From Deinococcales bacterium (GTDB lineage: Bacteria; Deinococcota; Deinococci; Deinococcales; JAAFIG01): DNA of 64,000 bases. The stretch covers positions 7,192 through 71,191 of the forward strand of contig JAAFIG010000022.1 in assembly GCA_013298595.1 (NCBI GenBank). The letters run 5' to 3'. The notes beneath the pieces are model-generated. The model ran no database searches. It was not told where the DNA came from and was given only the letters and a program-made list of their open reading frames with translations. Below are positions 26,960-36,682 of this stretch, in pieces. How positions within the stretch are numbered: the first letter of the stretch is position 1; every line of letters begins with the position of its first letter. The translations under genes were made by a program, and so were the position numbers.

Positions 26960-27598
26960 TTAGAACTTCTCGAGTAATTTATGTTTGTACGCTAGATGAA
27001 TAGCTTCGGCTCGGCTTTTGGCACCGAGTTTCGAGAAAATATTGTTGGCATGGAATTTCACGGTGGGCAACGCCACTTTAATTTCATCGGCGATGTCTTG
27101 GTTACTTTTACCAACGCTCATCAGGTGCAGCACTTCGCGTTCTCGAGCGGTTAAGTCCTCGCCAATATTGGCATTTTGCACAGCTTGGATCAGGGCTTCA
27201 GTAGCTTCTGGGGCAAGGGTACGGCGACGCATGGCAGCGTTGCGAATTGCCTCGAGAATTTCGTTTGCCCCCGAGGTTTTTAATAAGTAACCGATGGCTC
27301 CTGCTTGCATGGCATTTTGTACCAAATCAGGGTCGTAGAAACTGGTCAGCATAATAATTTGAACATGCCGATTATTGGCACGAATGGCAGCTGCGGCAGT
27401 GGCACCATCCATCGTTGGCATTTTCAAATCCATTAAAATCACATCAGGCTCGAGGGTTTCGGTTTGTTCGATTGCCTGTTGTCCGTTAATCGCTTCGCCA
27501 ACCCATTCGATACCATTAGCGGTGCGTAACATGGTGCTTAGCCCTGCCCGTACCATCGGGTGGTCATCGACAATTAAAACACGAATTGGGTTATTCAT
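26960..27598 (-). CDS. NarL/LuxR-family response regulator
   Basis: REC motifs are VLIVDDHPMVR and DVILMDLKMPTMDG. The LuxR HTH reads LTAREREVLHLMSVGKSNQDIADEIKVALPTVKFHANNIFSKLG. Confidence 0.9.
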   Translation of the reverse strand: MNNPIRVLIVDDHPMVRAGLSTMLRTANGIEWVGEAINGQQAIEQTETLEPDVILMDLKMPTMDGATAAAAIRANNRHVQIIMLTSFYDPDLVQNAMQAGAIGYLLKTSGANEILEAIRNAAMRRRTLAPEATEALIQAVQNANIGEDLTAREREVLHLMSVGKSNQDIADEIKVALPTVKFHANNIFSKLGAKSRAEAIHLAYKHKLLEKF

Positions 27599-27771
27599 CG
27601 CTGCCTCGAGACATAAATAAAGGGGGGTTCATCGCTCCCTCCCATGTCTCCCACACAGAGCAACGAACCTCCCAACTTTTGCGATTGCCAACAGCAATCG
27701 TGGGTATAGAATACGAATCAGGCGTTGTTCTAAAAACCATCATGCGAATAGCATACTCCCTAAACCTTCGG

Positions 27772-28425
27772 TTAGGCGTGTTTTAAAGCCTCTCGCTTGG
27801 TTAAGGCTGATAACTCAGGATGCTCGAGAATAAATTGTTTCACTGCTTCAGCGTTGGTGTATGCATATTCGCGTAATGCCCAGCCAATAGATTTACGAAT
27901 AAAAAATTCTGGCTCGAGTGCATTGGCTAGAATGAACCGAAATAAACGTGGCTGATTGGTTTTTTCTTTGTAGGCTAATTGATGCTGAATTGCCATGCGG
28001 CGCAACCAAAAATTAGGATGCACCGACCAAAGCTCGAGCCGAGCCTCCGCTGTTGGGTCACGTAAAGCAATACTGCCAGCCGCACCGTCAAGCGAATCTA
28101 TGGTATCCCACCAACTTTTTTGCAACACACATGCCTCGAGTAAATCCAGATGCGAAACATCCAAGGTTTTACTGCGCCACAAAATATAATCACACGCTGC
28201 GTACTGATACTCGCGTTCGGGTAATGCCCAGAGTTGCCTTACCAATTCAGTCTCAAGGGGGGTCTTCAGTAAACCTAATTCAAGCAAAGCTGCTTTAACA
28301 GCTTTGACTCGAGTTGGGCTTGGCACGCCCAGAAAAGGAAATTGGTTTCGCATATAAGCACGCATTGCAACAGCTTTTTCGGCGTTGCGTAAAGGCTCGA
28401 GGTGGTTGCGGATGGTTTCAATCAT
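27772..28425 (-). CDS. DNA alkylation repair protein (AlkD/AlkC-like HEAT repeat)
   Basis: Motifs are AVAMRAYMRNQFPFLGV, WWDTIDSL, NFWLRRMAI and SIGWALREY. Confidence 0.8.
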   Translation of the reverse strand: MIETIRNHLEPLRNAEKAVAMRAYMRNQFPFLGVPSPTRVKAVKAALLELGLLKTPLETELVRQLWALPEREYQYAACDYILWRSKTLDVSHLDLLEACVLQKSWWDTIDSLDGAAGSIALRDPTAEARLELWSVHPNFWLRRMAIQHQLAYKEKTNQPRLFRFILANALEPEFFIRKSIGWALREYAYTNAEAVKQFILEHPELSALTKREALKHA

Positions 28426-28432
28426 AAGGGTG

Positions 28433-29410
28433 CTACTCAAGCAACATATCTTGTGGAATGGCGTAACCAAGGTGGTCGTATGCCAGTGGGGTGAGCATTC
28501 TGCCCCTCGAGGTTCGTTTCATAAATCCGAGTTGGATTAAATACGGTTCGTATAAATCTTCGATGGTCAGGGCATCTTCGGAAATAGCCGTGGCGAGGGT
28601 GTCCAAGCCAACAGGTCCACCTGCAAATTTGGTAATCATGGTCTCGAGCAGGTTTTTGTCACGATCGGTTAAACCAACAGTGTCTAAACCAAGTTGGTCA
28701 AGGGCAGCGTGGGTTCTGGCAGAATCTATGCGGAATTCTCCTGCAACTTGGGCGTAATCTCGAATGCGGTTGAGTAGGTTCTTGGCAATTCGCATTGTGC
28801 CTCGAGAACGTGCTCCGATTTCCAGAGCAGCTTCAGGGGATATTTCTAAGCCTTGCAGTACAGCTTCTTTCTCGAGATTCTGGGCTAGTTCGGTTGGGCT
28901 GTAGTATTCCAAATGCTCGATGATGCCAAAACGGCTTCGCATTGGTTGGGTTATTAAGCCTGGGCGAGTGGTGGCACCAATTAAGGTAAACCGTGGAATC
29001 GGTAATTGAATGCTGCGGGCAGCGGGTCCTTGCCCAATGACAATATCTAACCGAAAATCTTCCATAGCTGGGTAGAGGTGTTCTTCGGCAACCCTGCCTA
29101 AACGATGAATTTCGTCTATGAAAAGCACATCGCCTTCCTCGAGTGAATTGGTTAAAATCGCTGCTAAGTCACCTGGTTTTTCGATGGCGGGTCCGGAAGT
29201 TGGACGAATACCTACGCCCATTTCATAAGCAATAATATGGGCTAAAGTGGTTTTACCAAGCCCAGGGGGTCCAAAAACCAGCACATGATCAAGTGCTTGG
29301 TTGCGTCCTTTAGCGGCTTGAATGTAAACCTCGAGTTTGCGTTTAAGTTTGTCCTGTCCGACATAATCGGCAAGGCGTTTCGGGCGATTTGCACCAGCTG
29401 GTTGAGTCAT
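28433..29410 (-). CDS. ruvB: Holliday junction branch migration helicase RuvB
   Basis: It has Walker A ([11 protein letters not shown]), LFIDEIHRL, the RuvB sensor ([16 protein letters not shown]) and a winged-helix C-terminus. Confidence 0.95.
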   Translation of the reverse strand: MTQPAGANRPKRLADYVGQDKLKRKLEVYIQAAKGRNQALDHVLVFGPPGLGKTTLAHIIAYEMGVGIRPTSGPAIEKPGDLAAILTNSLEEGDVLFIDEIHRLGRVAEEHLYPAMEDFRLDIVIGQGPAARSIQLPIPRFTLIGATTRPGLITQPMRSRFGIIEHLEYYSPTELAQNLEKEAVLQGLEISPEAALEIGARSRGTMRIAKNLLNRIRDYAQVAGEFRIDSARTHAALDQLGLDTVGLTDRDKNLLETMITKFAGGPVGLDTLATAISEDALTIEDLYEPYLIQLGFMKRTSRGRMLTPLAYDHLGYAIPQDMLLE

Positions 29411-29501
29411 GGGGTTTCCTAAAGGGGTGAGTGATTGGTAACTTGTTGTGGGTAGTATACGACGTTAGCCTATTTTATTCGGTTTTTAACGTAATTACCA
29501 G

Positions 29502-29584
29502 TTCTCGAGTAACTAATCTTCATCTTCTCGAGTAATCAATCTTCATCCTCTCGAGTAACCAATCTTCATCTCTTCGCGTAAAAT
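29502..29584. repeat. 3.5 tandem copies of a 23-24 bp unit TTCTCGAGTAAynAATCTTCATC
   Basis: Copies are at 29502..29524, 29525..29547 and 29549..29570, with a partial copy after that. Each full unit carries one CTCGAG. The array lies between divergent ruvB and 29591 (+), and a TAAAAT hexamer sits at 29579..29584. Confidence 0.85.
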
Positions 29585-29590
29585 ACAAGT

Positions 29591-30619
29591 ATGAAACCAG
29601 ATGAGTCCCCACAAACTCGAGTATCAAATTGGTTAGATGAAATCAATCAACAAGCTTCGTGGTTGCCTTTAGGGGCTTTTTTGATTGTCTTATTATTCAC
29701 TCCGCTAGGGCGTTTATGGTGGTTGTGGTTACTGGTTGTTGCTTTAGTATTTTTACTGCGACGCATGACATTACCAATAGCGGCAGTATGGGCAGCTGTG
29801 GCAATTGCTGGTGGTTTATTTACTGCTGGTGGTTGGAATGGACGCACCCTTAGCCCAACCCTGCGCGACGACCCCGAAGATCAACAAAGTATTGATTGGA
29901 CAGGTATTCAGCGGCTCGAGATTAAGAATTTTAATGGTGATATCAAAATTTTGGCACAACAAGGCAATGGTGGTTTGCGATTAGACCGTAAAGGTGATGC
30001 CAGTGTCAGTTTAGAACGTGCCGATACAACCCTACGGATTACCGCTCGTAAACCATTTTTTAGTTTCTCGAGTGGCGTGAATATGGTTTTAACAATTCCC
30101 GAGAGTTTATTGGTGAGCATTCAAAATAGTAATGGCATGGTGCACAGTTCGGGGTTGATTCGGGATTTAACAATCAATAACAGCAATGGACGCATCGAAA
30201 TTCAAGATTCTGGCAAAAGCCAAGTGAAACTCGAGAGTAGCAATGGCGAAATTCAATTACAACGCGTTTCAGGCGAAATCAAAGCCAAAACTAGCAATGC
30301 TAAAATTCGTTTGTTACAAGCCAGCAATCTGCAATTCAACCTCGAGACCAGTAATGGCAGCATTCAACTTGAACAACTGAATCTGGAAAACAATACAACC
30401 TCTAAAGTCCAAACCAGCAATGGCAGCATCCAACTCGAGAATATCCAAGCACCCAGTGGTTTACTGATTCGTGGCAATACCAACAATGCGCGAGTCGATG
30501 TGAACTTACCCGGTTTTGAATTGCGGCTCGAGGATCAGAGTTTTGAAGCCAAAAAAGAGGGATTTGGACAAGCTATCCTTGAATTACAAACCAGCAACGA
30601 CCGAATTATTGTGCGTTGA
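29591..30619 (+). CDS. Membrane-anchored DUF4097-like beta-strand repeat protein
   Basis: Two N-terminal TM helices are followed by repeated units of the form xSNGxIxLxx (SNGRIEIQD, SNGEIQLQR, SNAKIRLLQ, SNGSIQLEQ, SNGSIQLEN). Confidence 0.65.
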   Translation: MKPDESPQTRVSNWLDEINQQASWLPLGAFLIVLLFTPLGRLWWLWLLVVALVFLLRRMTLPIAAVWAAVAIAGGLFTAGGWNGRTLSPTLRDDPEDQQSIDWTGIQRLEIKNFNGDIKILAQQGNGGLRLDRKGDASVSLERADTTLRITARKPFFSFSSGVNMVLTIPESLLVSIQNSNGMVHSSGLIRDLTINNSNGRIEIQDSGKSQVKLESSNGEIQLQRVSGEIKAKTSNAKIRLLQASNLQFNLETSNGSIQLEQLNLENNTTSKVQTSNGSIQLENIQAPSGLLIRGNTNNARVDVNLPGFELRLEDQSFEAKKEGFGQAILELQTSNDRIIVR

Positions 30620-30632
30620 TTGCTTTTCAACC

Positions 30633-31466
30633 TTGGCTATCTGGTATTCTACAGCTGTGCCAATCCCAGGAACGATTCTGCTCGAGAAGTATCGTATTGT
30701 GCGACCAATTGCACGCGGTACTTCGAGTGTGGTCTATTTGGCTTTTGATATGTTTGGCGCACCTTTTGCTGTGAAATTATTCCCTCCCGAAATGGCTTCT
30801 CGAGCCGACCGCGAGTATTTAGTGGGTAGTCGGTTGCAACACAAAAATGCGAATCCTGTACTCGAACGAATTGTGGTCGAAGGGCAGCCTGGGGTGCTGA
30901 TGCCATTTGCGCCTGGTTTGCGTTTCTCGGAATATGTTGGACAGCACGGCTTAAAACAATTTATGGATGTCTTTGTGCAAGCCCTCGAGGGTTTAGCCCA
31001 TATGCACCAACGTGGCATGGTGCATCGGGATTTTAAACCAGAGAATCTGGTGGTTTCCCCCGGCGATGCCCCTGGTGGTCTCGAGGTAAAACTGATTGAT
31101 TATGATTTATCGGGTCCGACTCAGGAATTATTTAAGGATCGAGTCACTGCTGGAACAATTGCTTATATCTCGCCTGAGGCAATTCTGGGTGTGCCATTAA
31201 CCCAAAGTGCCGATTTATATAGCGCTGGTATTATGTTGTACTGGGGTATTACTGGACAGCATCCATTTGATGGCGAACCCCAAGAAGTGCTGCAAGCACA
31301 TTTGCACACTGTGCCACCTGAACCCTCGAGTGTGCGCGAGGGACATGTTTCGCATGTGCTTGACCGCGTAGCATTGCGGTTATTGCGGAAAAATCCTGCT
31401 GAGCGTTACCCCGATGCTCTCTCGGTTTTAACCGAATTATTAAAGCTGACCACCATTGCTGAATAA
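30633..31466 (+). CDS. Ser/Thr protein kinase (catalytic domain only)
   Basis: Motifs are IARGTSSVVYLA, AVKLF, the catalytic loop HRDFKPENLV, the DFG position reading DYD, and the APE-like region YISPEA. The start is uncertain (TTG 30633 or GTG 30657). The ORF-track ATG would overlap the upstream gene by 100 nt. Confidence 0.75.
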   Translation: MAIWYSTAVPIPGTILLEKYRIVRPIARGTSSVVYLAFDMFGAPFAVKLFPPEMASRADREYLVGSRLQHKNANPVLERIVVEGQPGVLMPFAPGLRFSEYVGQHGLKQFMDVFVQALEGLAHMHQRGMVHRDFKPENLVVSPGDAPGGLEVKLIDYDLSGPTQELFKDRVTAGTIAYISPEAILGVPLTQSADLYSAGIMLYWGITGQHPFDGEPQEVLQAHLHTVPPEPSSVREGHVSHVLDRVALRLLRKNPAERYPDALSVLTELLKLTTIAE

Positions 31467-31503
31467 CCTTGGAAGCACTTCAGATGGTAAGCCAGTACGA
31501 AGT

Positions 31504-31526
31504 GTAGGCAATGACTTGTCGCCTAC
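31504..31526. repeat. Degenerate REP-like hairpin (gtaggcaatgacttgtcgcctac)
   Basis: It shares the GTAGG..CTTGT..CCTAC layout with the other REP copies and lies in the kinase/crtB spacer. Confidence 0.5.
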
Positions 31527-31550
31527 GATAAGAACAAGCGAGGAAAGAGC

Positions 31551-32447
31551 ATGTTTTTTCAAAAACCCGCACAACTCAGCGGCGCACTCAGCGGTGCTAT
31601 TAGCTATTGTCGCAATGTCACTTCACATCATAGTAAAACCTTTTATTTTGGCAGTTGTTTCTTTCCGATGCAGCAACGCCAAGCTGTTTGGGCTGTGTAC
31701 GCAGCTTGCCGCCTCGGTGATGACACCGTAGACGAATTACAAGGGCAGGCTGCCAGAAATGCCCTCGAGTTGTGGCGTGAACGGGTACAAAATGCCATTG
31801 CTGGCTCGCCAGACACCGACCCCATGGCGCAAGCCTTAGCTTGGGCTGCCAAACAGTACCCAATTCAATTTGACCCGTTTGCCGAACTCTACCTTGGTCT
31901 TGAAATGGATTTGGTTCAGCATCGTTATCAGACGCTCGAGGAATTGTTGTTGTACTGCCGCCGAGTGGCTGGTGTGGTTGGTTGGATGATTACACCAATT
32001 GCTGGGTTTGATGGTGGCGAAGCAACCCTCGAGCGTGCCTTAAAACTGGGTATGGCAATGCAGATCACCAATATTCTGCGCGATGTTGGCGAAGATTTAG
32101 ATCGTGGCAGAATTTATTTACCTGCCGATTTAATGCAGAAATATGGTGTTACAGAACGTGATTTACTCGAGCGCCGCGTCACCCCAGCCTACATTGCATT
32201 GATGCGCGAATTAGATCGTATTGCCCGAGATTTATACCGCGAAGGCTGGAAAGGTTTACCACATTTACACGGCACAGCGCGTATTGCTGTGGCTGTGGCA
32301 GCTCGGGCTTACGAAGCCATTTTGGGTGCATTAGAACTCAATGGTTTTGATAATTTTAATAAACGCGCCAGTATTTCGGGGCAGAAAAAACTTGCCATGA
32401 TTCCAGGGGTTTTCCTCGAGTTACGACGCACGACACATTTGCATTGA
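31551..32447 (+). CDS. crtB: Phytoene (or squalene/phytoene-type) synthase
   Basis: Motifs are YAACRLGDDTVDE, YCRRVAGVVG and QITNILRDVGEDLDRGRIYLP. Confidence 0.85.
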   Translation: MFFQKPAQLSGALSGAISYCRNVTSHHSKTFYFGSCFFPMQQRQAVWAVYAACRLGDDTVDELQGQAARNALELWRERVQNAIAGSPDTDPMAQALAWAAKQYPIQFDPFAELYLGLEMDLVQHRYQTLEELLLYCRRVAGVVGWMITPIAGFDGGEATLERALKLGMAMQITNILRDVGEDLDRGRIYLPADLMQKYGVTERDLLERRVTPAYIALMRELDRIARDLYREGWKGLPHLHGTARIAVAVAARAYEAILGALELNGFDNFNKRASISGQKKLAMIPGVFLELRRTTHLH

Positions 32448-32637
32448 ATTTGTTTTGCCAAATACCGCAAGGCAGACACAAATTTCACTGAATTGTCATG
32501 ATTGTCCCGTAAACACTTGCTAAGCTGTACTGGAAAGTCTGCATAACCTGACCATACTTGGGTTGGGTGTTTTGCAGAACATTATTTTGTATGCTGGTGT
32601 GACAAAGTTGTACTCGAGTCCTATCGGGAGAAAAAAC

Positions 32638-34488
32638 GTGAATCAGACCATTCAACCAAAGCCTGTAATCAAAACCACCAATAAGAATACTCGTGTCTGG
32701 ATGCCATTGGTTGGCATTGCTGCTCTTGGTACCGCTTGGGGTGGTTTTGAGTTGTATCACGCTGATCGTATTTTGCCAGGAGTCAGTGCCGCTGGTATTA
32801 ACATTGGTGGGCAAACCAGCAGTGAAGCCAAAGCAACCCTGCAAGCCGCTAAACTAGCAGCCCCTGTGATTGCTGTTCAAGCAGGCGACCAGACCTTACG
32901 TGTTCAGGGTCCAGAACTTGGTTGGCGTGTTGATTATGACGGTATGGTTGCCGGTGCAATGCAAATTGGACGCAGCAGCGATGCCTTGGGCAACATTGCT
33001 AAACGCTTTAGTGGCGATAAAAACGTTGTCTTAGCCGCTAAAGTGGATCCAAAAACCTTTCGTAACCGCCTCTCGAGTTTAGCTGAACCATTTGCCATTG
33101 CCCCAAAAGATGCGGCTTTGGTGTTTACCGACAATAAATATGTGATTCGTCAGGACAAAGATGGACAAGGTGTGGATTTTGAAAATGCCGTCAAAGCTTT
33201 TAGTGCCAATCCATTACTGACCAACCTCGAGTTGAACATTTCTGATATTCCAGCCCAAATTCAAGCTGAATCCTTGCAAACATTGGCAAATCAAGCCAAC
33301 AGTATTTTGCGTCCATTAAAATTGACTTACCCAACACCTAGCGCTGCTCAGGCACTAGCAAAAACACTCAGTAGTGCCCAAGTCGCCAATTTATTCTTTG
33401 TTGAACGCCAAGGTTTACGCATAGACGAAAAAGCCATTGCTGATACCTTGCGAGGTGTCTCGAGTGCCTTTGATCAAGAAGCTGCTGATGCGCGTTATTA
33501 CCGTCAGGGTGGTCAGTTGTTACGCCGTCCTTCCAAAGACGGCTATGCTTTAAATTTAGGCGAAGCTAAGAAATTATTAGCCACAGCCATTCTCGAGCCA
33601 AACACCCCAGAAGTACAATTACCTGTGGTTGTGACCACACCAGCAGTCACTACAAAATCCTTACCTGATCCAAAAACCTTAGCTTTGCTTTCCTCGAGCA
33701 CCACACGGTATTACGGCTCAAGCCGTGAACGAGTACTGAATGCTGCGATTGCTGCTAACAAATTAGATGGCTACGTTGTACCTGCTGGTGATACTTTTAG
33801 TTTTAACGAAGCCGTTGGCGAAATTTCTCGAGCCACAGGTTTCGTTGAAGGTCTGATTATTTCTGGTGGTCGAACAGCCAAAGGTGTCGGCGGTGGTGTT
33901 TGCCAAGCCAGTACCACAGCTTTTTCGGCACTGTACCGCGCTGGTTTACCAATTGTAGAACGCAACCAACACAGTTATAAAGTGCGTTGGTATGACGATG
34001 TCATGGGATTAGATGCCGCTGTATACTACCCAAGCCTCGATTTAAAAATGCAGAACAACACCCCAGGACCACTCGTTGTGCGTGCCAGTACCAGTGGCGC
34101 AAGTATGACAATCCAACTGTACGGCGTTTCTGATGGACGCAAAGTGGGTGTTTCTCGAGCCAGAATCTTGCGCCGCACCCCACACCCACCGACCAGAACT
34201 ATTTTTAACTCGAGCTTACCACCAGGTGTCAGTAAACAAGTGGATTATGCTGTAGATGGTTACAATGTCAATGTGGTACGTAGCATCAACGGACAAGCCG
34301 AAAGCCTTTATACAGCTTATCGTCCGTGGCAAGCCGTCTACGAAGTCGGACCAAGTTTCCGCCCAAGAGTTCGCCCAGCCGCCTCGAGACTCCGTACCAA
34401 CAGCAACCGAAGCACAGTCAGACCCGCAATAACAGCTCCTGCTGCGAAACCAACCGCCGCGCCTGCTCCAAAACCACTGAACCGCTAA
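32638..34488 (+). CDS. VanW-family protein with an N-terminal TM anchor and a Pro/Ala-rich tail
   Basis: The VanW core reads GYVVPAGDTFSFNEAVGEISRATGFVEGLIISGGRTAKGVGGGVCQASTTAFSALYRAGLPIVERNQHS. I took the start at GTG 32638, after GGGAG. Confidence 0.8.
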   Translation: MNQTIQPKPVIKTTNKNTRVWMPLVGIAALGTAWGGFELYHADRILPGVSAAGINIGGQTSSEAKATLQAAKLAAPVIAVQAGDQTLRVQGPELGWRVDYDGMVAGAMQIGRSSDALGNIAKRFSGDKNVVLAAKVDPKTFRNRLSSLAEPFAIAPKDAALVFTDNKYVIRQDKDGQGVDFENAVKAFSANPLLTNLELNISDIPAQIQAESLQTLANQANSILRPLKLTYPTPSAAQALAKTLSSAQVANLFFVERQGLRIDEKAIADTLRGVSSAFDQEAADARYYRQGGQLLRRPSKDGYALNLGEAKKLLATAILEPNTPEVQLPVVVTTPAVTTKSLPDPKTLALLSSSTTRYYGSSRERVLNAAIAANKLDGYVVPAGDTFSFNEAVGEISRATGFVEGLIISGGRTAKGVGGGVCQASTTAFSALYRAGLPIVERNQHSYKVRWYDDVMGLDAAVYYPSLDLKMQNNTPGPLVVRASTSGASMTIQLYGVSDGRKVGVSRARILRRTPHPPTRTIFNSSLPPGVSKQVDYAVDGYNVNVVRSINGQAESLYTAYRPWQAVYEVGPSFRPRVRPAASRLRTNSNRSTVRPAITAPAAKPTAAPAPKPLNR

Positions 34489-34497
34489 AATATTTAC

Positions 34498-34531
34498 AAA
34501 AAAAACGAACCCCGCTGGGGTTCGTTTTTTA
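34498..34531. terminator. Bidirectional rho-independent terminator
   Basis: The sequence aaaaaaaacgaaccccgctggggttcgtttttta lies between convergent genes. Confidence 0.85.
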
Positions 34532-34540
34532 CTGAAAAGA

Positions 34541-35638
34541 TTATTTGTACATACTGGCTTTTTTCTTGGTTGCCAATTCCCAAACGCTATAATCCACAGC
34601 ACCTTTATCTGGAGCTTTCTTCAACACACCAAGGTCTACCAGCATATCAGTGTTGGCTTTATACACAGCTGGATCTAGGAAACCAGCAAAGCCTTTCAGG
34701 GTTGGACCGCTGTAATACAACTTAGCAATTTCTTTCATTTGCCATGTTTGGTGATCTCGAGCATCTATTGAGCCGCTGCCATTGCAGGTCTTACCGCATT
34801 TTGGCAAGACAATATCAACTGCACCACCTTGGTTTTGCACCGACCAATTCCAGCCTTTGATGCTGGCTCTGAGCAAACGCGCAGCCACATCTTTGCCGCT
34901 CATGCCAGAACCTTTGAAGTTCTTATCGGCAAGCACTTTTTCGGGAGCAAACATCAAATCCTCGAGTAAGTTCACACCCATATCTGGCAGTGGCATGACA
35001 TTGAGTTTATTGAGTGGGAAACCAAGCCCAACAATTTGATTGACTTCGTTGTAGGTCATGGCAGAAACAGCGTCCACTTTGTCCGGGAAAACCAGTGCGG
35101 GATCGAAATTAAACGAAATTGCAGTGATATCAGGGCTGGCAACACTCGAGTCTAAGCTGGTGGTCATACCCGCTTTTTTAGCAAGGGCAATAATTGGTAA
35201 TTCGTTACCAAAAGGCCATACGCCAACTTTTTTACCTTTTAAGTCGGCAACGGTTTTAATGCCGCTACTGGCAAGCGTTACTAGGGTAAAACCAGATTTT
35301 TGGAACATCTGACCAATGTGCACCACTTTCTGCCCTTTTTCACGATTGATTAAAAAATCGGTAATCCAAGTGGTACCAAAATCGGCTGCACCAGACAACA
35401 CAGCATTGACAGGTGGGGCATCACCAGCAGGAATCAAGGTGACTTCCAGACCTTCGTCTTTATAGTACCCTCGAGCTTGGGCAGCGAAATACCCAGCGAA
35501 TTGTGCTTGTGGAAACCATTTTAATTGCAGTTTCACTTGCACAGGTTTTTTCATCTGCGCTTGGGCATTGCCAATCATGGCAGCGCCTGCCAGACCAGCG
35601 GTGAGAAGAGCGGCACTTGCTAACACGGCTTTCTTCAT
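34541..35638 (-). CDS. ABC transporter substrate-binding protein (NMT1/THI5-like, NitT/TauT family)
   Basis: It has a signal peptide and the block VKLQLKWFPQAQFAGYFAAQARGYYKDEGLEVTLIP. Confidence 0.8.
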   Translation of the reverse strand: MKKAVLASAALLTAGLAGAAMIGNAQAQMKKPVQVKLQLKWFPQAQFAGYFAAQARGYYKDEGLEVTLIPAGDAPPVNAVLSGAADFGTTWITDFLINREKGQKVVHIGQMFQKSGFTLVTLASSGIKTVADLKGKKVGVWPFGNELPIIALAKKAGMTTSLDSSVASPDITAISFNFDPALVFPDKVDAVSAMTYNEVNQIVGLGFPLNKLNVMPLPDMGVNLLEDLMFAPEKVLADKNFKGSGMSGKDVAARLLRASIKGWNWSVQNQGGAVDIVLPKCGKTCNGSGSIDARDHQTWQMKEIAKLYYSGPTLKGFAGFLDPAVYKANTDMLVDLGVLKKAPDKGAVDYSVWELATKKKASMYK

Positions 35639-35656
35639 ACATCCTCCTATTAAGCG

Positions 35657-36682
35657 TTAATCCTCGGCGCGGAACGAACTGTGCCAACCGGTGACTCGAC
35701 GCTCAAGTAATGCCAGTAGATTATAAACGGTAATTCCTAAAAAACTAGCAACCACAATCGCAGCCCAAACAGCATCCAAGCTAACCGTGCCAATTTCGAC
35801 CACAATCCGAAAACCTAAACCCGAACCATTGGCACCAAAAAACTCGGCAACAATTGCCGAAATTAACCCCAGCACCGCTCCTGTTTTTAAGCCCGTAAAA
35901 ATAAACGGCATGGCATTTGGTAAACGTAAACTCTGAAAAGTCCGACGCGAATCGGCTGCGTAAGAACGCATTAAATCCACTTGCAGCGGATTGACCTCGG
36001 TTAACCCTCGAGCCGTATTTAGCAGCATTGGGAAAAACACGGTAATCGCTACAATCACCGCTTTGGATTGCCAATCCACCCCCATCGCCCGAATCACCAC
36101 AGGTGCCAGCGCCACAATCGGCACACTCGAGAACAAAGTCGCATACGGCATTAAGCCTCGCTCGAGAAACGGGTATCGCTGCGTGGCAATTGCCATCAGC
36201 ACACCAAGTGAACCGCCAGCCACAAACCCAACAATCGTCTCGAGTAACGTTGTGCTGGTGTCACGCCAAAGCACATCTCGAGCTTCCCAGAGGCGTTGCA
36301 CCACCAGACTTGGTGGCGGAATTTGCGCCAGTGGCACTGCGTAGCCACGCACCAACCCTTCAACAGCAATCAGCACCACCACGGCTAACAAACCTGCAGG
36401 CAGCAACGCCACCAATTGCCGTTGTAACCAATCGGCATTATCCTTGGCTTTCGGACGAGCTAAAAACCGCACCACAGCACTTGAAGCCAAAGCCACACCC
36501 AGTAAACCCAGCAACAACCACGCATACAACCAAATTAAATCCGATGACTGCCACGCCTCGGTCAAAGCGAACCGATCAGCAATTAATTTCAACGAAAAAA
36601 ACGCAGAGCCAAGCACACAAACCACTGCTAAAACAATTAAATTCGTCTCGAGGAAACTGGGTTTTAACGCACGCGTCGCCAC
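35657..36682 (-). CDS. ABC transporter permease (NitT/TauT family) with an N-terminal extension
   Basis: It has BPD-type permease TM helices and an EAA-like loop (ARGLTEVNPLQVDLMRSYAA). Confidence 0.8.
   Translation of the reverse strand: MATRALKPSFLETNLIVLAVVCVLGSAFFSLKLIADRFALTEAWQSSDLIWLYAWLLLGLLGVALASSAVVRFLARPKAKDNADWLQRQLVALLPAGLLAVVVLIAVEGLVRGYAVPLAQIPPPSLVVQRLWEARDVLWRDTSTTLLETIVGFVAGGSLGVLMAIATQRYPFLERGLMPYATLFSSVPIVALAPVVIRAMGVDWQSKAVIVAITVFFPMLLNTARGLTEVNPLQVDLMRSYAADSRRTFQSLRLPNAMPFIFTGLKTGAVLGLISAIVAEFFGANGSGLGFRIVVEIGTVSLDAVWAAIVVASFLGITVYNLLALLERRVTGWHSSFRAED

Noticed and set aside
29502-29584. Tandem repeats considered as a mini CRISPR array.
   Set aside because: The units are contiguous with no spacers and only 23-24 bp long. 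There are only 3.5 copies, and no cas genes are present in the window.
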